From a virus (taxonomy: Duplodnaviria; Caudoviricetes): a stretch of DNA of 30,122 nt. Shown here piece by piece: positions 1 through 8,096 of the stretch (position 1 is its first letter; every line of letters starts with the position of its first letter). The DNA is taken from IMG/VR virus record IMGVR_UViG_3300020592_000114, positions 1 through 30,122 of that record; one strand, 5' to 3'. The translations under genes were made by a program, and so were the position numbers. Below the pieces are notes generated by a model. That model did no database searches, was not told the origin of the DNA, and worked only from the letters and a program-made list of their open reading frames with translations.

Positions 1-11
1 GCGTCCAAGAG

Positions 12-32
12 TGGCGACCCCGACAGGATTCG
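12..32 (-). repeat. Probable att core: 3' fragment of a tRNA gene (tRNA-Arg-like)
   Basis: Minus strand reads CGAATCCTGTCGGGGTCGCCA (half T-arm, acceptor strand, CCA); tRNA similarity stops abruptly within the T-loop; lies just past the last phage gene. Confidence 0.8.
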
Positions 33-158
33 GGTATATTCTTGTATGTAACTGATTTTGAAACAGAATCTGGGATTTTGCCCCGCACCGGGACTCAAAA
101 TTGGTCCCTTGATTCTATTGAGAAATCCCGCGCGGCCCCCGCACCTACGAAGCAGTGA

Positions 159-323
159 TCATCCCTGCTTCCGAGGCACCCAGCGCAGACTGCTGGTCGC
201 CTGCATGGCCAACTCAAGAACCTCGATGAAGGACATTTCGGTTTCCTTCCTTCCATCGATCATCAGTTCCCATTTGGGCTTGTCGCCCTCCATCGTCACG
301 CGAATATAGATTCTGTCTCTCAT
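159..323 (-). CDS. Hypothetical 54-aa protein (MRDRIYIRVTMEG...)
   Basis: Manually translated; ATGA overlap with the stop of the phosphoesterase gene. Confidence 0.7.
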   Translation of the reverse strand: MRDRIYIRVTMEGDKPKWELMIDGRKETEMSFIEVLELAMQATSSLRWVPRKQG

Positions 324-1450
324 GCGTTCACCGATACTCGTTGGATTTCACCGCGCTCGCGATGGAACGTAATGGCCTGTAGCTGTGCCCGGGCCGAATA
401 AGCGTGGCTGACCGCGTAGGCGTCCCGCTCTGTGACGGCGCGTAGCTGCTCGTGCTTCATGCCGCCGATGTCCTGCACCTTGGCGTGATGCAGATGGCCA
501 GTGAACAGGAAGCGGTGTTTGGTTCTACCCCATGCCTCCGCGAACTCATCTGCCACGAAATGGACCAGCCGGTCAGGCTTTGCCTTATCGCCATGATGAG
601 CTGCGATCATCACGCGCCCAAACTCATGCAGGAAGAACTCCCCAGGCTGCTTGTGCACGACCACCCGGGGCTCGTTGCGATAGCGCTCGGCAAGAGCGAA
701 CATCACCGCCAGATAGATGGTGGCGTCGTGATTGCCGGGGAGAATGCAGACATGCACCGTCTTGTGCTTGGTTAGAGCGCTTTCAACTGCTCCACCAAGG
801 GTGGCGATGCCCACATCCAAGGTGCGGAACATGCGCGTATCCACGTCCAGCACATGCTTTGACCGCGGCGTCTGGTATGTGTCGTCGTTGGCGTGAGTGA
901 AGTCGCCAACATCTAGAATGATTGCGGTTTCAGATGCGGGCGAAGACGCCACGCATTGCGCTACCCAACTCCGCAACCGCTCTGCCGCGATATCGGTGTC
1001 ATAGTCTGAGCCTGTCTCTTTACTCCATGCCCTGAGGCCCAGATGGGCATCTGCGATCGGGTAGACGGTGCAGAGGTCGCTAAAGACGGCTTCAGGAGGC
1101 GCAACCGGTTGGGCCGGCTCCATGTCCTCGAATGCCGCTTTGATGCGCTCCAGCACATCATCCTGAGCGCTTGGCGGACGAATGTAGATTGATCGGGAGA
1201 TACCATCTGCATCAGGCTTGGTTTTGATCCACATACCTGATGGGGTAACGGTGGTTCCAACCGCATCCATTCCAGCCTGAATGGCGGGGTCGGTTTCTCT
1301 CAGTCCGCGCGCCTCGGCTTGCCTGATTCGGCTTTGAAGTGTCTGGCGGGGGATGCCCATTGCTCTAGCCGCCGGGCCAATCCCCTTGAACTGCTCTACT
1401 GCCAGAACCGCTTCGCGCAGCTTTTCATCACTGATGGGCTGAGCTGGCAT
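320..1450 (-). CDS. Calcineurin-like metallophosphoesterase with N-terminal HTH
   Basis: Motifs DAH, GD, GNHD, HHGD, GHLHH; N-terminal GIGPAARAMGIPRQTLQSRI HTH; ATG at 1450 coupled (TAATG) to the upstream peptide. Confidence 0.85.
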   Translation of the reverse strand: MPAQPISDEKLREAVLAVEQFKGIGPAARAMGIPRQTLQSRIRQAEARGLRETDPAIQAGMDAVGTTVTPSGMWIKTKPDADGISRSIYIRPPSAQDDVLERIKAAFEDMEPAQPVAPPEAVFSDLCTVYPIADAHLGLRAWSKETGSDYDTDIAAERLRSWVAQCVASSPASETAIILDVGDFTHANDDTYQTPRSKHVLDVDTRMFRTLDVGIATLGGAVESALTKHKTVHVCILPGNHDATIYLAVMFALAERYRNEPRVVVHKQPGEFFLHEFGRVMIAAHHGDKAKPDRLVHFVADEFAEAWGRTKHRFLFTGHLHHAKVQDIGGMKHEQLRAVTERDAYAVSHAYSARAQLQAITFHRERGEIQRVSVNA

Positions 1451-1527
1451 TAAGCACCCCGCACTAGCAGTGAGCACGCGATTAAAAGCGCGGCGGCGAG
1501 CGCCACCACGGCAAATAGAGCCCTCAT
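1450..1527 (-). CDS. 25-aa hydrophobic peptide MRALFAVVALAAALLIACSLLVRGA
   Basis: Strong SD AGGAGG; TAATG coupling to the next gene; LIAC lipobox-like motif. Confidence 0.6.
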   Translation of the reverse strand: MRALFAVVALAAALLIACSLLVRGA

Positions 1528-1551
1528 GGGGGCCTCCTATGTGTTGAGGGA

Positions 1552-1713
1552 TTACTTCCGGTCGAGAAGCTTTGTGATGATCTGCACCAGAAGCCAGATC
1601 ACGCCCAGGATTGGGAGCAAAAGCCCCGCGAATTGAGAAACGTCAGCAAGAGAGGGAAGCCACCACGGAGAGGCCACGGCCCCAGCTGCTATGGCGTTGG
1701 TAGCGCGCTCCAT
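1552..1713 (-). CDS. 53-aa membrane protein, holin-like
   Basis: Manually translated MERATNAIAAGAVASPWWLP...LLPILGVIWLLVQIITKLLDRK; TGATG coupling; position in the lysis cassette. Confidence 0.75.
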   Translation of the reverse strand: MERATNAIAAGAVASPWWLPSLADVSQFAGLLLPILGVIWLLVQIITKLLDRK

Positions 1714-1913
1714 CATGGCTTCCACCCACATAGGCGTTGTCCCCGAAGATTGTGTCCGAGCAGTTGATTGACTTGCTCGTCTGTTAGTTGATCGATTTGT
1801 TGGCGGGTGGGGCGAATTGGCTTGGCGAGATCACAGAAGGAACCGCCTGTCGTTTGGCAGCCAGAGAGCAGAAACATGCCAATTGGCATAACGAGAGTTA
1901 GCGTTTTGACCAT
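1713..1913 (-). CDS. Lipoprotein, probable o-spanin (Rz1-like)
   Basis: Signal peptide plus LSGC lipobox; further Cys residues; overlaps the end of the i-spanin-like gene. Confidence 0.75.
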   Translation of the reverse strand: MVKTLTLVMPIGMFLLSGCQTTGGSFCDLAKPIRPTRQQIDQLTDEQVNQLLGHNLRGQRLCGWKP

Positions 1914-2137
1914 TTCGCCAACTCCTCGCGCAGATCGTCAGCCTCCATGCGCGACAGTTCATCATCGATTCTATCGGCTTCGGCGCGTGCCTTGAGGCGC
2001 TCACCGGCTTGCTTCTGCCGCTCTCGGGTCGCCCCTGATGTACGGCCCTTCATGAAGGCCACAATGACAGCGAAGAGACCTCCCCCGATAGCGAGCATTG
2101 TCGGGCTTGAGAGGAAGGAGAGCAGAAGCGCTGTCAT
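1898..2137 (-). CDS. Probable i-spanin (Rz-like)
   Basis: N-terminal TM helix then a charged helical tail ending WSKR; ATGA overlap; directly upstream of the lipoprotein. Confidence 0.7.
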   Translation of the reverse strand: MTALLLSFLSSPTMLAIGGGLFAVIVAFMKGRTSGATRERQKQAGERLKARAEADRIDDELSRMEADDLREELAKWSKR

Positions 2138-2337
2138 GTCGCCCAACCCAGACGCCTGGCTAGGCGATAGGCATACTCAGTGCCGAGCCCGACGATGACG
2201 CCGACGGCGGCTGTAGCAAGCTCGATCAGATCAGGATCGGTATTGAGGAAGGCCGCACTGTCTGGATCAAGGATACCCTTGGCGACGAGTGCGCCAGCGA
2301 TATAGCGCAGCAGAATTCGGGCAATCGGGCCGCTCAT
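2134..2337 (-). CDS. Putative holin, 2 TM
   Basis: Two hydrophobic segments, basic C-terminus; follows the endolysin with ATGA overlap. Confidence 0.7.
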   Translation of the reverse strand: MSGPIARILLRYIAGALVAKGILDPDSAAFLNTDPDLIELATAAVGVIVGLGTEYAYRLARRLGWAT

Positions 2338-2960
2338 TTGGACCTCCTGAACAGCTTGGAGAGGAAGGAGATGAGAAGGGAAAGGAGGGATGGTTTGGGC
2401 GAAGCGGGAATTCCCGTTTCGGGCGCGGGCTGCGGTGATGTCGGTGTTTCCGACACCATCTTGATGGCCTCGGAGCTCACGTCATTGACGCGGTTCGTCC
2501 AGCCTTTGCCGAAGGTCGGCCAGGTGCTCAGCCCTTTGAGGAAGGCCATGCGTTTGGCGCAGATCGCCGCAACGAGATCGGCAGCATTTATGCGCTTCAC
2601 GGCGGCGATGGTGACGGGGCCAATCTTGCCGTCCTGCGTCACGCCTACTGCGGCTTGCAGATACTTGGCTGCTCGCGACGGTCCAGAGTTCACGGCGAAG
2701 TCAAAGACGGCGTAGTCAACGCCACTTGGAAGATCATCGCCCTTCACCGCATCCCAATATTGCTCACGATAGACCTTTGCTACCTGGGCATCGGTGATGC
2801 GCTTCAGATCGTCCACGGTGCCGGTCTTGTCGATGTATCGGCGGAAGGTCGCAAGGGTGATCCCCTTGTTGGTCGCGCCGCCCGGATCTGCGGCTAGATT
2901 CACAAACCCACCCTCATGTGCTAGAACGAGTTGCAACGCTCTCGCGAAATTTCTATCCAT
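2334..2960 (-). CDS. Endolysin, glycoside hydrolase family 108 with peptidoglycan-binding domain
   Basis: HEGG..N...DPGG.TN.GIT, FDFAVNSG, DGKIGP.T, FGKGW.NRV; SD AGGAG. Confidence 0.92.
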   Translation of the reverse strand: MDRNFARALQLVLAHEGGFVNLAADPGGATNKGITLATFRRYIDKTGTVDDLKRITDAQVAKVYREQYWDAVKGDDLPSGVDYAVFDFAVNSGPSRAAKYLQAAVGVTQDGKIGPVTIAAVKRINAADLVAAICAKRMAFLKGLSTWPTFGKGWTNRVNDVSSEAIKMVSETPTSPQPAPETGIPASPKPSLLSLLISFLSKLFRRSK

Positions 2961-2974
2961 CGAAAGGTACTCCT

Positions 2975-3643
2975 ATGGGGAAGTTCATCGACCGCACCGG
3001 CCATCGATACGGACGCCTTTTGGTCCTTCATCGGGCAGATGAAGCCCCGTCCTCGAATGGAAGTCGGGTGCGGTGGCTTTGCCAATGCGACTGCGGAAAT
3101 GAGAAGGTCGTAACAGGCCACGCCCTTTCGCGCGCCGAAACAACAAGTTGCGGATGTCTCAGGAGAGAGAGAACTGGTGCGAAAAAGCGCACCCATGGAA
3201 TGACGCGGACACCCACCTATAGATCGTGGCAAGCAGCCAAAGAGCGCTGCCACAATCCCCGCAATGCCAAGTATGCCTCCTATGGAGGGGCCGGTATTCA
3301 TATGTGCCCCAGATGGCGGGCTTCCTTCGAAGCCTTCCTGGCGGACATGGGAGAACGCCCAGTCGGGACGACACTTGACCGGCTAGACCAGTGCAAAGGC
3401 TATGAGCCCGGCAATGTCCAGTGGGCCACCTCTGTCGAGCAATCAGTTAACCGGGGCACAACGAGGCTCTATCGTTGGCGTGGTGGATGGATGACAACGA
3501 GAGAGATAGCCGAGGCTGAGAGCGTGCCCTTCAACTCTCTTCGCAAGGTCGTCACGAAGCACCGCACCATCCAAGACGCCGTTGCCTATGTTCAGTCGCG
3601 CAAGGGCCGGAGTGGAATACAGAACCTTCGGCAGGATGGTTGA
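2975..3643 (+). CDS. Free-standing HNH-type homing endonuclease-like protein
   Basis: G.RYGRL.V, WLCQCDCG, SCGC, YGG.GI..C.RW..SF.AF..DMG.RP...TLDR.D...GYEPGN..WAT..EQ..N; likely start MGKFIDRTG. Confidence 0.85.
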   Translation: MGKFIDRTGHRYGRLLVLHRADEAPSSNGSRVRWLCQCDCGNEKVVTGHALSRAETTSCGCLRRERTGAKKRTHGMTRTPTYRSWQAAKERCHNPRNAKYASYGGAGIHMCPRWRASFEAFLADMGERPVGTTLDRLDQCKGYEPGNVQWATSVEQSVNRGTTRLYRWRGGWMTTREIAEAESVPFNSLRKVVTKHRTIQDAVAYVQSRKGRSGIQNLRQDG

Positions 3644-3789
3644 CGAAACCGCCTTCCCACTTGAGGACAAGCGAGAGCGACCGCTGGAAATTACTCTCCA
3701 TCGGGATTCCCTTTTTTTGCTGGATTTGCTATGGTTTCAGGGTTGGCGGCGGCTCATCAACGCCGCTCAGCAGACGGCACAAAGCCCCA

Positions 3790-3818
3790 TTGACAAAGGA
3801 TCGGGCCGTCGCCATTCT
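3790..3818 (+). promoter_or_regulatory. Sigma70-type promoter for the moron cassette
   Basis: TTGACA (3790-3795), 17 bp, CATTCT (3813-3818). Confidence 0.7.
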
Positions 3819-3889
3819 TAGTTGCAACTTTTGGGGGTTGGTTTCGTTAACTTCGGGCGGCTAATTCGTTATCGGCCTGGAGTACTGAG

Positions 3890-4093
3890 ATGGAAGCGAT
3901 GGCGGATATACTCTTCACGTTCTTTGCCATAACGTTTAGTGGGCTTGTCGCTGCTAATGCAGCGGTGATCGTCCTGCGCTTCCGGCAGGAAGACCGCGCG
4001 GAGAACCGTCTTCGCAGGTTTCTAGCCCCTATTTCCAGCTACCTTAGCCTTGGAGGTTCACAAGGCGCTAAGTCTCGCACTCGTCACGCCTAA
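3890..4093 (+). CDS. Small single-TM membrane protein (moron)
   Basis: SD GGAG; hydrophobic N-terminal helix followed by a basic tail. Confidence 0.7.
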   Translation: MEAMADILFTFFAITFSGLVAANAAVIVLRFRQEDRAENRLRRFLAPISSYLSLGGSQGAKSRTRHA

Positions 4094-4102
4094 TATTCGC
4101 GC

Positions 4103-4402
4103 GTGACAACGCTGCCAATCGTCGGAGAGCTTTCCGCTTTCTGGCTGGGCTTTCTCGGAAGCGCAGCCGTAGAGGTAGCAGCGGCGGTTAAATCATGTGC
4201 CGATTTGGATGGGCATTGCCCCGAAAGGTATAAGCGCCCCTTCTATCTTTTTGTGCGTGTCCTACTGGCAATAGTCGCCGGGTCACTTCCGGTGGTCTTA
4301 GAGGCCTCGAATGCCCTTACCTCATTCTACATGGGAGCAAGCGCACCCCTTCTTTTAGACCGCCTGGGTAAAGGCATCAAACCCGACGAAGAACCCAAGT
4401 AA
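4103..4402 (+). CDS. Small multi-TM membrane protein (moron)
   Basis: About three hydrophobic segments; fills the gap between neighbouring genes. Confidence 0.75.
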   Translation: MTTLPIVGELSAFWLGFLGSAAVEVAAAVKSCADLDGHCPERYKRPFYLFVRVLLAIVAGSLPVVLEASNALTSFYMGASAPLLLDRLGKGIKPDEEPK

Positions 4403-4464
4403 CGTCTGACCCCTCTCCCCGCCCGTCCAGTAGTTGAGAGCGCGAGAGAGGGAGCCGAGAGACC

Positions 4465-4716
4465 TCATGCCTGCGCAGGCCCATCCAGCAAGGCGTGATA
4501 GGCGTCGATCAATTCCGGTGTCCAGACGGCGCTTGCTACGGCAGCAACGCGCTCGTCAATACCGGTGAGATCGGATCCGGGTTCCACCGTGCACCTGTCG
4601 AAGGAAAAGGCTATCTCGACCCCATCGCGCAGTATGGCCACCCTGCGGCGCACCTGCAAAACGCCGTTCTGAAGCACCTCGATCTTGTCGATAGCAGATT
4701 GCTCAGTCAGCATCAT
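4465..4716 (-). CDS. Probable tail fibre assembly/accessory protein
   Basis: IDKIEV...G..QVR....I..DG.EI and A.AVWT pattern typical of small genes that follow DDYEEG-type fibres. Confidence 0.65.
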   Translation of the reverse strand: MMLTEQSAIDKIEVLQNGVLQVRRRVAILRDGVEIAFSFDRCTVEPGSDLTGIDERVAAVASAVWTPELIDAYHALLDGPAQA

Positions 4717-5276
4717 GCGGCCTCATATTGCAGCCCAACAATAAGGTGCGAGTTGTTGGTGAAGTTCGTGTCATTCAAAACACCACTGGGTAGAGAGTAT
4801 AGGTTGGCCGTAGCGGCGCCTCCGACAACTGCACATCCAACCACAGTCGCTCCAGTTATCCCCCCAACGAAACCCACGTGACCGGAGTAGTAATTTAGGT
4901 TCCCTTGGGCTGCAAAGGGTAGGCCCGCAAGAGTTGCAGCCCCTGTGGATGTTCCCTTGGCAGTTAGCTGACAGTCGATCAGAACGCGAACCGTGTTACC
5001 TATTTTCTGATAGCGCCCTTGCTGGGATGCATAGGACATCCCAACAGAGTTTCCGCCGAAACGGAGAAGTGGGGTACAATTCCCCTCTTCATAATCATCC
5101 AACGTATTAGGATCTGTTGAGGGATTCTGAGTGGCCGGGAATATAATCTGGCCGCCCCAAAGATTTATCGTACCAGTGTCTGCAAGCTGCGTCAGAGTTG
5201 CGTTAAGCGTTTGTTTGCTTGCGAGTTCTCTGATGATATCGGGGCGCCAGGTCGCGGAATATGGCGAAAGTGCCAT
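4713..5276 (-). CDS. Short tail fibre / receptor-binding module
   Basis: KQTLNATLTQLA fibre repeat; LDDYEEG..TP, G.Y.KIGN.V, GLPF motifs. Confidence 0.75.
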   Translation of the reverse strand: MALSPYSATWRPDIIRELASKQTLNATLTQLADTGTINLWGGQIIFPATQNPSTDPNTLDDYEEGNCTPLLRFGGNSVGMSYASQQGRYQKIGNTVRVLIDCQLTAKGTSTGAATLAGLPFAAQGNLNYYSGHVGFVGGITGATVVGCAVVGGAATANLYSLPSGVLNDTNFTNNSHLIVGLQYEAA

Positions 5277-6730
5277 CAGGCATCTTCCAGAGCTTTAACC
5301 CTGCGCCGCAGGGATTGGACCTCAGCCACGATGTTGGCAATGACCTCGGGCGTTCCAGCGTCCATGCTCTGATGGATGGGGTTCCCATCCTCGTCTACGG
5401 CATCCTTCTCGCCGGTCACGCTTCCAGGGGCGACCGACTGGAACTCATGCGCAAGGAAGCCTGCGGTTCTGTATCCGGTATTCTTCCAGGTGAAATTCAC
5501 CGGGCGAAGGGCGTCAATGAACTCGCCGGACCCCTTCAGTTCAGTCACGTCATCCTTGAGGCGGTAGTCGGAGGAGGTGTTGTACTGCGTCGAGGTATCA
5601 CTCCAAGCAATAGAGCCCACAACACCGCCAGTCGAGTTTAGAAACTGGAGCCCAGCACGGTAGACAATCCCCGCAGCTGCGGATTGAATTACCTGAAGCC
5701 AAAGATTGTCAGCGGCCCTAGTCCGTTGAGTTATAGCGGTGTTGGAACCATTCAACGCGCCCCATAGCGTATTCGGAGCAGGCGGATCGCTATCTTTCCA
5801 AACGTCAGTAGGCAGTCGCTGAGTGTTTATTGTGCCGGTCAGGCTGGAAGCCGCTAGAGCCCCGGAAAGCACCGGAGCCGAAAGAACTCCTGAAGAAAGA
5901 GAGAGACCGTTTTCATCAAGGATAAAGTAGTTGAGTAGAGCGGTGCCTGCCCCATTGTAGATACCAAGCCGCAGATCATCGCCGGTGCGATCCCAATAAA
6001 GGACGCCCTGGTTGACGTCATTCTCATCTCGGATATAGACGCGTGCCGCAGTGTCGCCTCCAATAGCATTGACAAGTATCTGGCCATCGAAGCGCTGCGT
6101 GCCCGTCCATATGTTTGACGTGGCGGTCAGGTAAGTCTGAATAGCTGCCTTGATGCTGCCCCAGGTCAGCTTTTTAAGACCCCACGAGGCTGCGCTATCA
6201 GAGATCGGGAGCTCATCAGCATCCACAGGGGTTGTTTTTGCAGCTGCGGAGTGGATGGCTGGGGCCAACGAGAAATCCGTCACCTCGGGGTCGAGAACAA
6301 TCCATCCCCCGGCTCCACTATCAGCAGCCCCGTCATAGACGAGAGTGTAGATATGGCTCTGCTGTAGATCACCTGCGGCCAGATCCTGGTCCGCTGTCAT
6401 GCCGCGGACCTTCTTCCTCAGCTTCTTCGACCCAAGCCCGTTGGCATTGAGTGTTGCTGCACCGGTATTGGTGGCAGCAACCTTGATCCGCATCTGAATG
6501 CCGGTCTCAAGGGTATTGAAGGGCGATGTAGCCGTGACCGTTAGCGCATTCGCCGTCCCGCCTGCTGAAAGGACGCCCTGGTCCTTCAGCCATTCGGCAA
6601 AGCGGGTCATCATCATGCGGGCGCTATTGTTGACGGTCGAGGGAAGCTGCCCTTCGCGCCAATCAATATCGCCGTCTGCCGTCTGGTTATCAGACGCGAC
6701 AAGGCTCCAGTCGTAGATAGATCCGGCCAT
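5276..6730 (-). CDS. Tail fibre with C-terminal intramolecular chaperone (peptidase S74-like)
   Basis: N-terminal adaptor EG..PS.VNNSAR..M; YNTSSDYRLK cleavage motif, LRPV.F.W, GFLAHE, terminal coiled coil. Confidence 0.9.
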   Translation of the reverse strand: MAGSIYDWSLVASDNQTADGDIDWREGQLPSTVNNSARMMMTRFAEWLKDQGVLSAGGTANALTVTATSPFNTLETGIQMRIKVAATNTGAATLNANGLGSKKLRKKVRGMTADQDLAAGDLQQSHIYTLVYDGAADSGAGGWIVLDPEVTDFSLAPAIHSAAAKTTPVDADELPISDSAASWGLKKLTWGSIKAAIQTYLTATSNIWTGTQRFDGQILVNAIGGDTAARVYIRDENDVNQGVLYWDRTGDDLRLGIYNGAGTALLNYFILDENGLSLSSGVLSAPVLSGALAASSLTGTINTQRLPTDVWKDSDPPAPNTLWGALNGSNTAITQRTRAADNLWLQVIQSAAAGIVYRAGLQFLNSTGGVVGSIAWSDTSTQYNTSSDYRLKDDVTELKGSGEFIDALRPVNFTWKNTGYRTAGFLAHEFQSVAPGSVTGEKDAVDEDGNPIHQSMDAGTPEVIANIVAEVQSLRRRVKALEDA

Positions 6731-6739
6731 AGGTTATCC

Positions 6740-7465
6740 TCAGACCATTCGGGATTTCAGGAATTCTTGGAGGTAGCTCGCGAGCTGTGGCATCTGCCCC
6801 GCACCCTGCATCGGTGCCGGTGGTTGAAGCATCTGCGGCTGCGGCGTTTCTTGTTGCTGAGAAAGCATCGAAAGAAGGGGGTTCATCTGGCTTTCGCCCT
6901 GTTCCTCGCCGCCTCCCAAGAGCGCCAGGAGCCCTTTCGGTGCTTGTTCGCTGGACTGAACAGGGGCAACAGGATGGCTCGCTATCTCGCGCGGGGGCGG
7001 CAAGGGGGGGGCGGCTTGGCCACCGATTAGGCCCATAGCTTTCTGGCGGTGATCCGCCATCTGCTTCTCTACCTTGTCGCGCACCGTGCCGGGTGCACCA
7101 CCTGCGGCGGTATCACTGGCATTGTAGCGACCAGGGCCTCCGGCATTCACGATGCTGTACGCATCCAGCATCCCCATGCCCGGTTTCCAGCCTGACGACT
7201 GGTAGTATTTGACGATTGCGCCATCGGGCCCGAGTTGGCTCCGCATGGCATCTTCGGGACTGGAGAAATCCACACCGTATTGCCGAGCCTGCGGTTCACC
7301 GAACTGGATCAGGCCCCTGTGTTTGCCCCATTTTGTAGTTGGGCCGGGTTGCATCGGGTCAAATGTACCGCCCGTCTCGTACGAGATGATGGTGGCCAGA
7401 TCGACCGGGTTCATCCCTAGGGCCTGCGCAGTCGCTATGATGCCTTCGCGGAGGTCACGAGCCAT
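6740..7465 (-). CDS. Virion-associated lysozyme/lytic transglycosylase-like protein
   Basis: LATIISYETGG (catalytic Glu) and GLIQF motifs; P/Q-rich tail; position after the ejection proteins. Confidence 0.7.
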   Translation of the reverse strand: MARDLREGIIATAQALGMNPVDLATIISYETGGTFDPMQPGPTTKWGKHRGLIQFGEPQARQYGVDFSSPEDAMRSQLGPDGAIVKYYQSSGWKPGMGMLDAYSIVNAGGPGRYNASDTAAGGAPGTVRDKVEKQMADHRQKAMGLIGGQAAPPLPPPREIASHPVAPVQSSEQAPKGLLALLGGGEEQGESQMNPLLSMLSQQQETPQPQMLQPPAPMQGAGQMPQLASYLQEFLKSRMV

Positions 7466-7482
7466 AGATGATCCTCAAATAG

Positions 7483-7507
7483 AAAAAGGCGGCTCCGAAG
7501 AACCGCC
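7483..7507 (-). terminator. Intrinsic terminator
   Basis: GGCGGTTC-TTCG-GAGCCGCC-TTTTT on the minus strand. Confidence 0.8.
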
Positions 7508-7600
7508 ATCACCGCCCTCCTCAACTCCAGCGAACAAGCGAGTGTCCGACCTCGACTCTTCCAAGAAGTGACGGCATGATGCCCTCTTTGGGGAGGGGTT

Positions 7601-7828
7601 ATGGACAGCGAAATCGAAGAACTTCGCGCGCAGATCCGTGGTCTGCATCTAGTGATGACAATTGCTCTTGGTGCACGCCCTACAGAACAGGTTTTAGATG
7701 CCCTGAAAAGGACAGAGAAACGCCTTAGAACCCAAAACGCGCACTCAGCCACAATCGAAGTCTTGCGGGAATTCCGCGAGCTTTGGGAGATCGATCTTCC
7801 CTCAACTGGCGCTCCTTCTCCAAAATGA
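7601..7828 (+). CDS. Hypothetical 75-aa helical protein (antisense moron)
   Basis: SD GGAGG; protein-like composition. Confidence 0.65.
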   Translation: MDSEIEELRAQIRGLHLVMTIALGARPTEQVLDALKRTEKRLRTQNAHSATIEVLREFRELWEIDLPSTGAPSPK

Positions 7829-7907
7829 GGTCAAGCATTATGGACTCGCGCTTCTCTTGCGGCGTCCATAACTTGGGTTCGTTGAGAGAGCGCCATTCGA
7901 TGGACAT
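7725..7907 (-). CDS. Possible 60-aa hypothetical protein
   Basis: GGAG 9 nt upstream of the ATG, but overlaps 7601..7828 convergently by 104 nt. Confidence 0.3.
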   Translation of the reverse strand: MSIEWRSLNEPKLWTPQEKRESIMLDLILEKERQLREDRSPKARGIPARLRLWLSARFGF

Positions 7908-7943
7908 CTTTAACTTCTCCACTGGAATCGCTATGTTGCGGGG

Positions 7944-8096
7944 ATGAGAGAACCGTTTTTCGGGCAGAACGCGAAGCCGTTCGTTGTGCAGTTCATTATA
8001 GGCATCGTTGCCCTGAATCTGCTTTACTGGCTGTTCGGGGACATGATCTACAATGCTTCCACAGCCTTCTATTGTGCCAATCTCGGCACCTGCTGA
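7944..8096 (+). CDS. 50-aa single-TM protein (antisense moron)
   Basis: Manually translated MREPFFGQNAKPFVVQFIIGIVALNLLYWLFGDMIYNASTAFYCANLGTC; TATGTT -10-like box just upstream. Confidence 0.6.
   Translation: MREPFFGQNAKPFVVQFIIGIVALNLLYWLFGDMIYNASTAFYCANLGTC

Noticed and set aside
58-309. 83-aa plus-strand ORF
   Set aside because: Overlaps the att arm region and the better-supported coupled minus-strand ORF 159..323
3640-3864. Plus-strand ORF with a CCC-T7 tract (3709-3718); a +1 shift would give ...GIPFFAGFAMVSGLAAAH
   Set aside because: No clear SD and both frames are weak; cannot be distinguished from chance without homologues
4411-4452. Imperfect hairpin between convergent genes
   Set aside because: No U-tract on either strand, so not called a terminator
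4713-6730. Diversity-generating retroelement or invertible tail-fibre switch
   Set aside because: No reverse transcriptase, invertase, TR/VR pair or flanking inverted repeats seen in the window
7004-7011. G8 homopolymer as a phase-variation site
   Set aside because: Explained by codons of a proline-rich linker; frame intact
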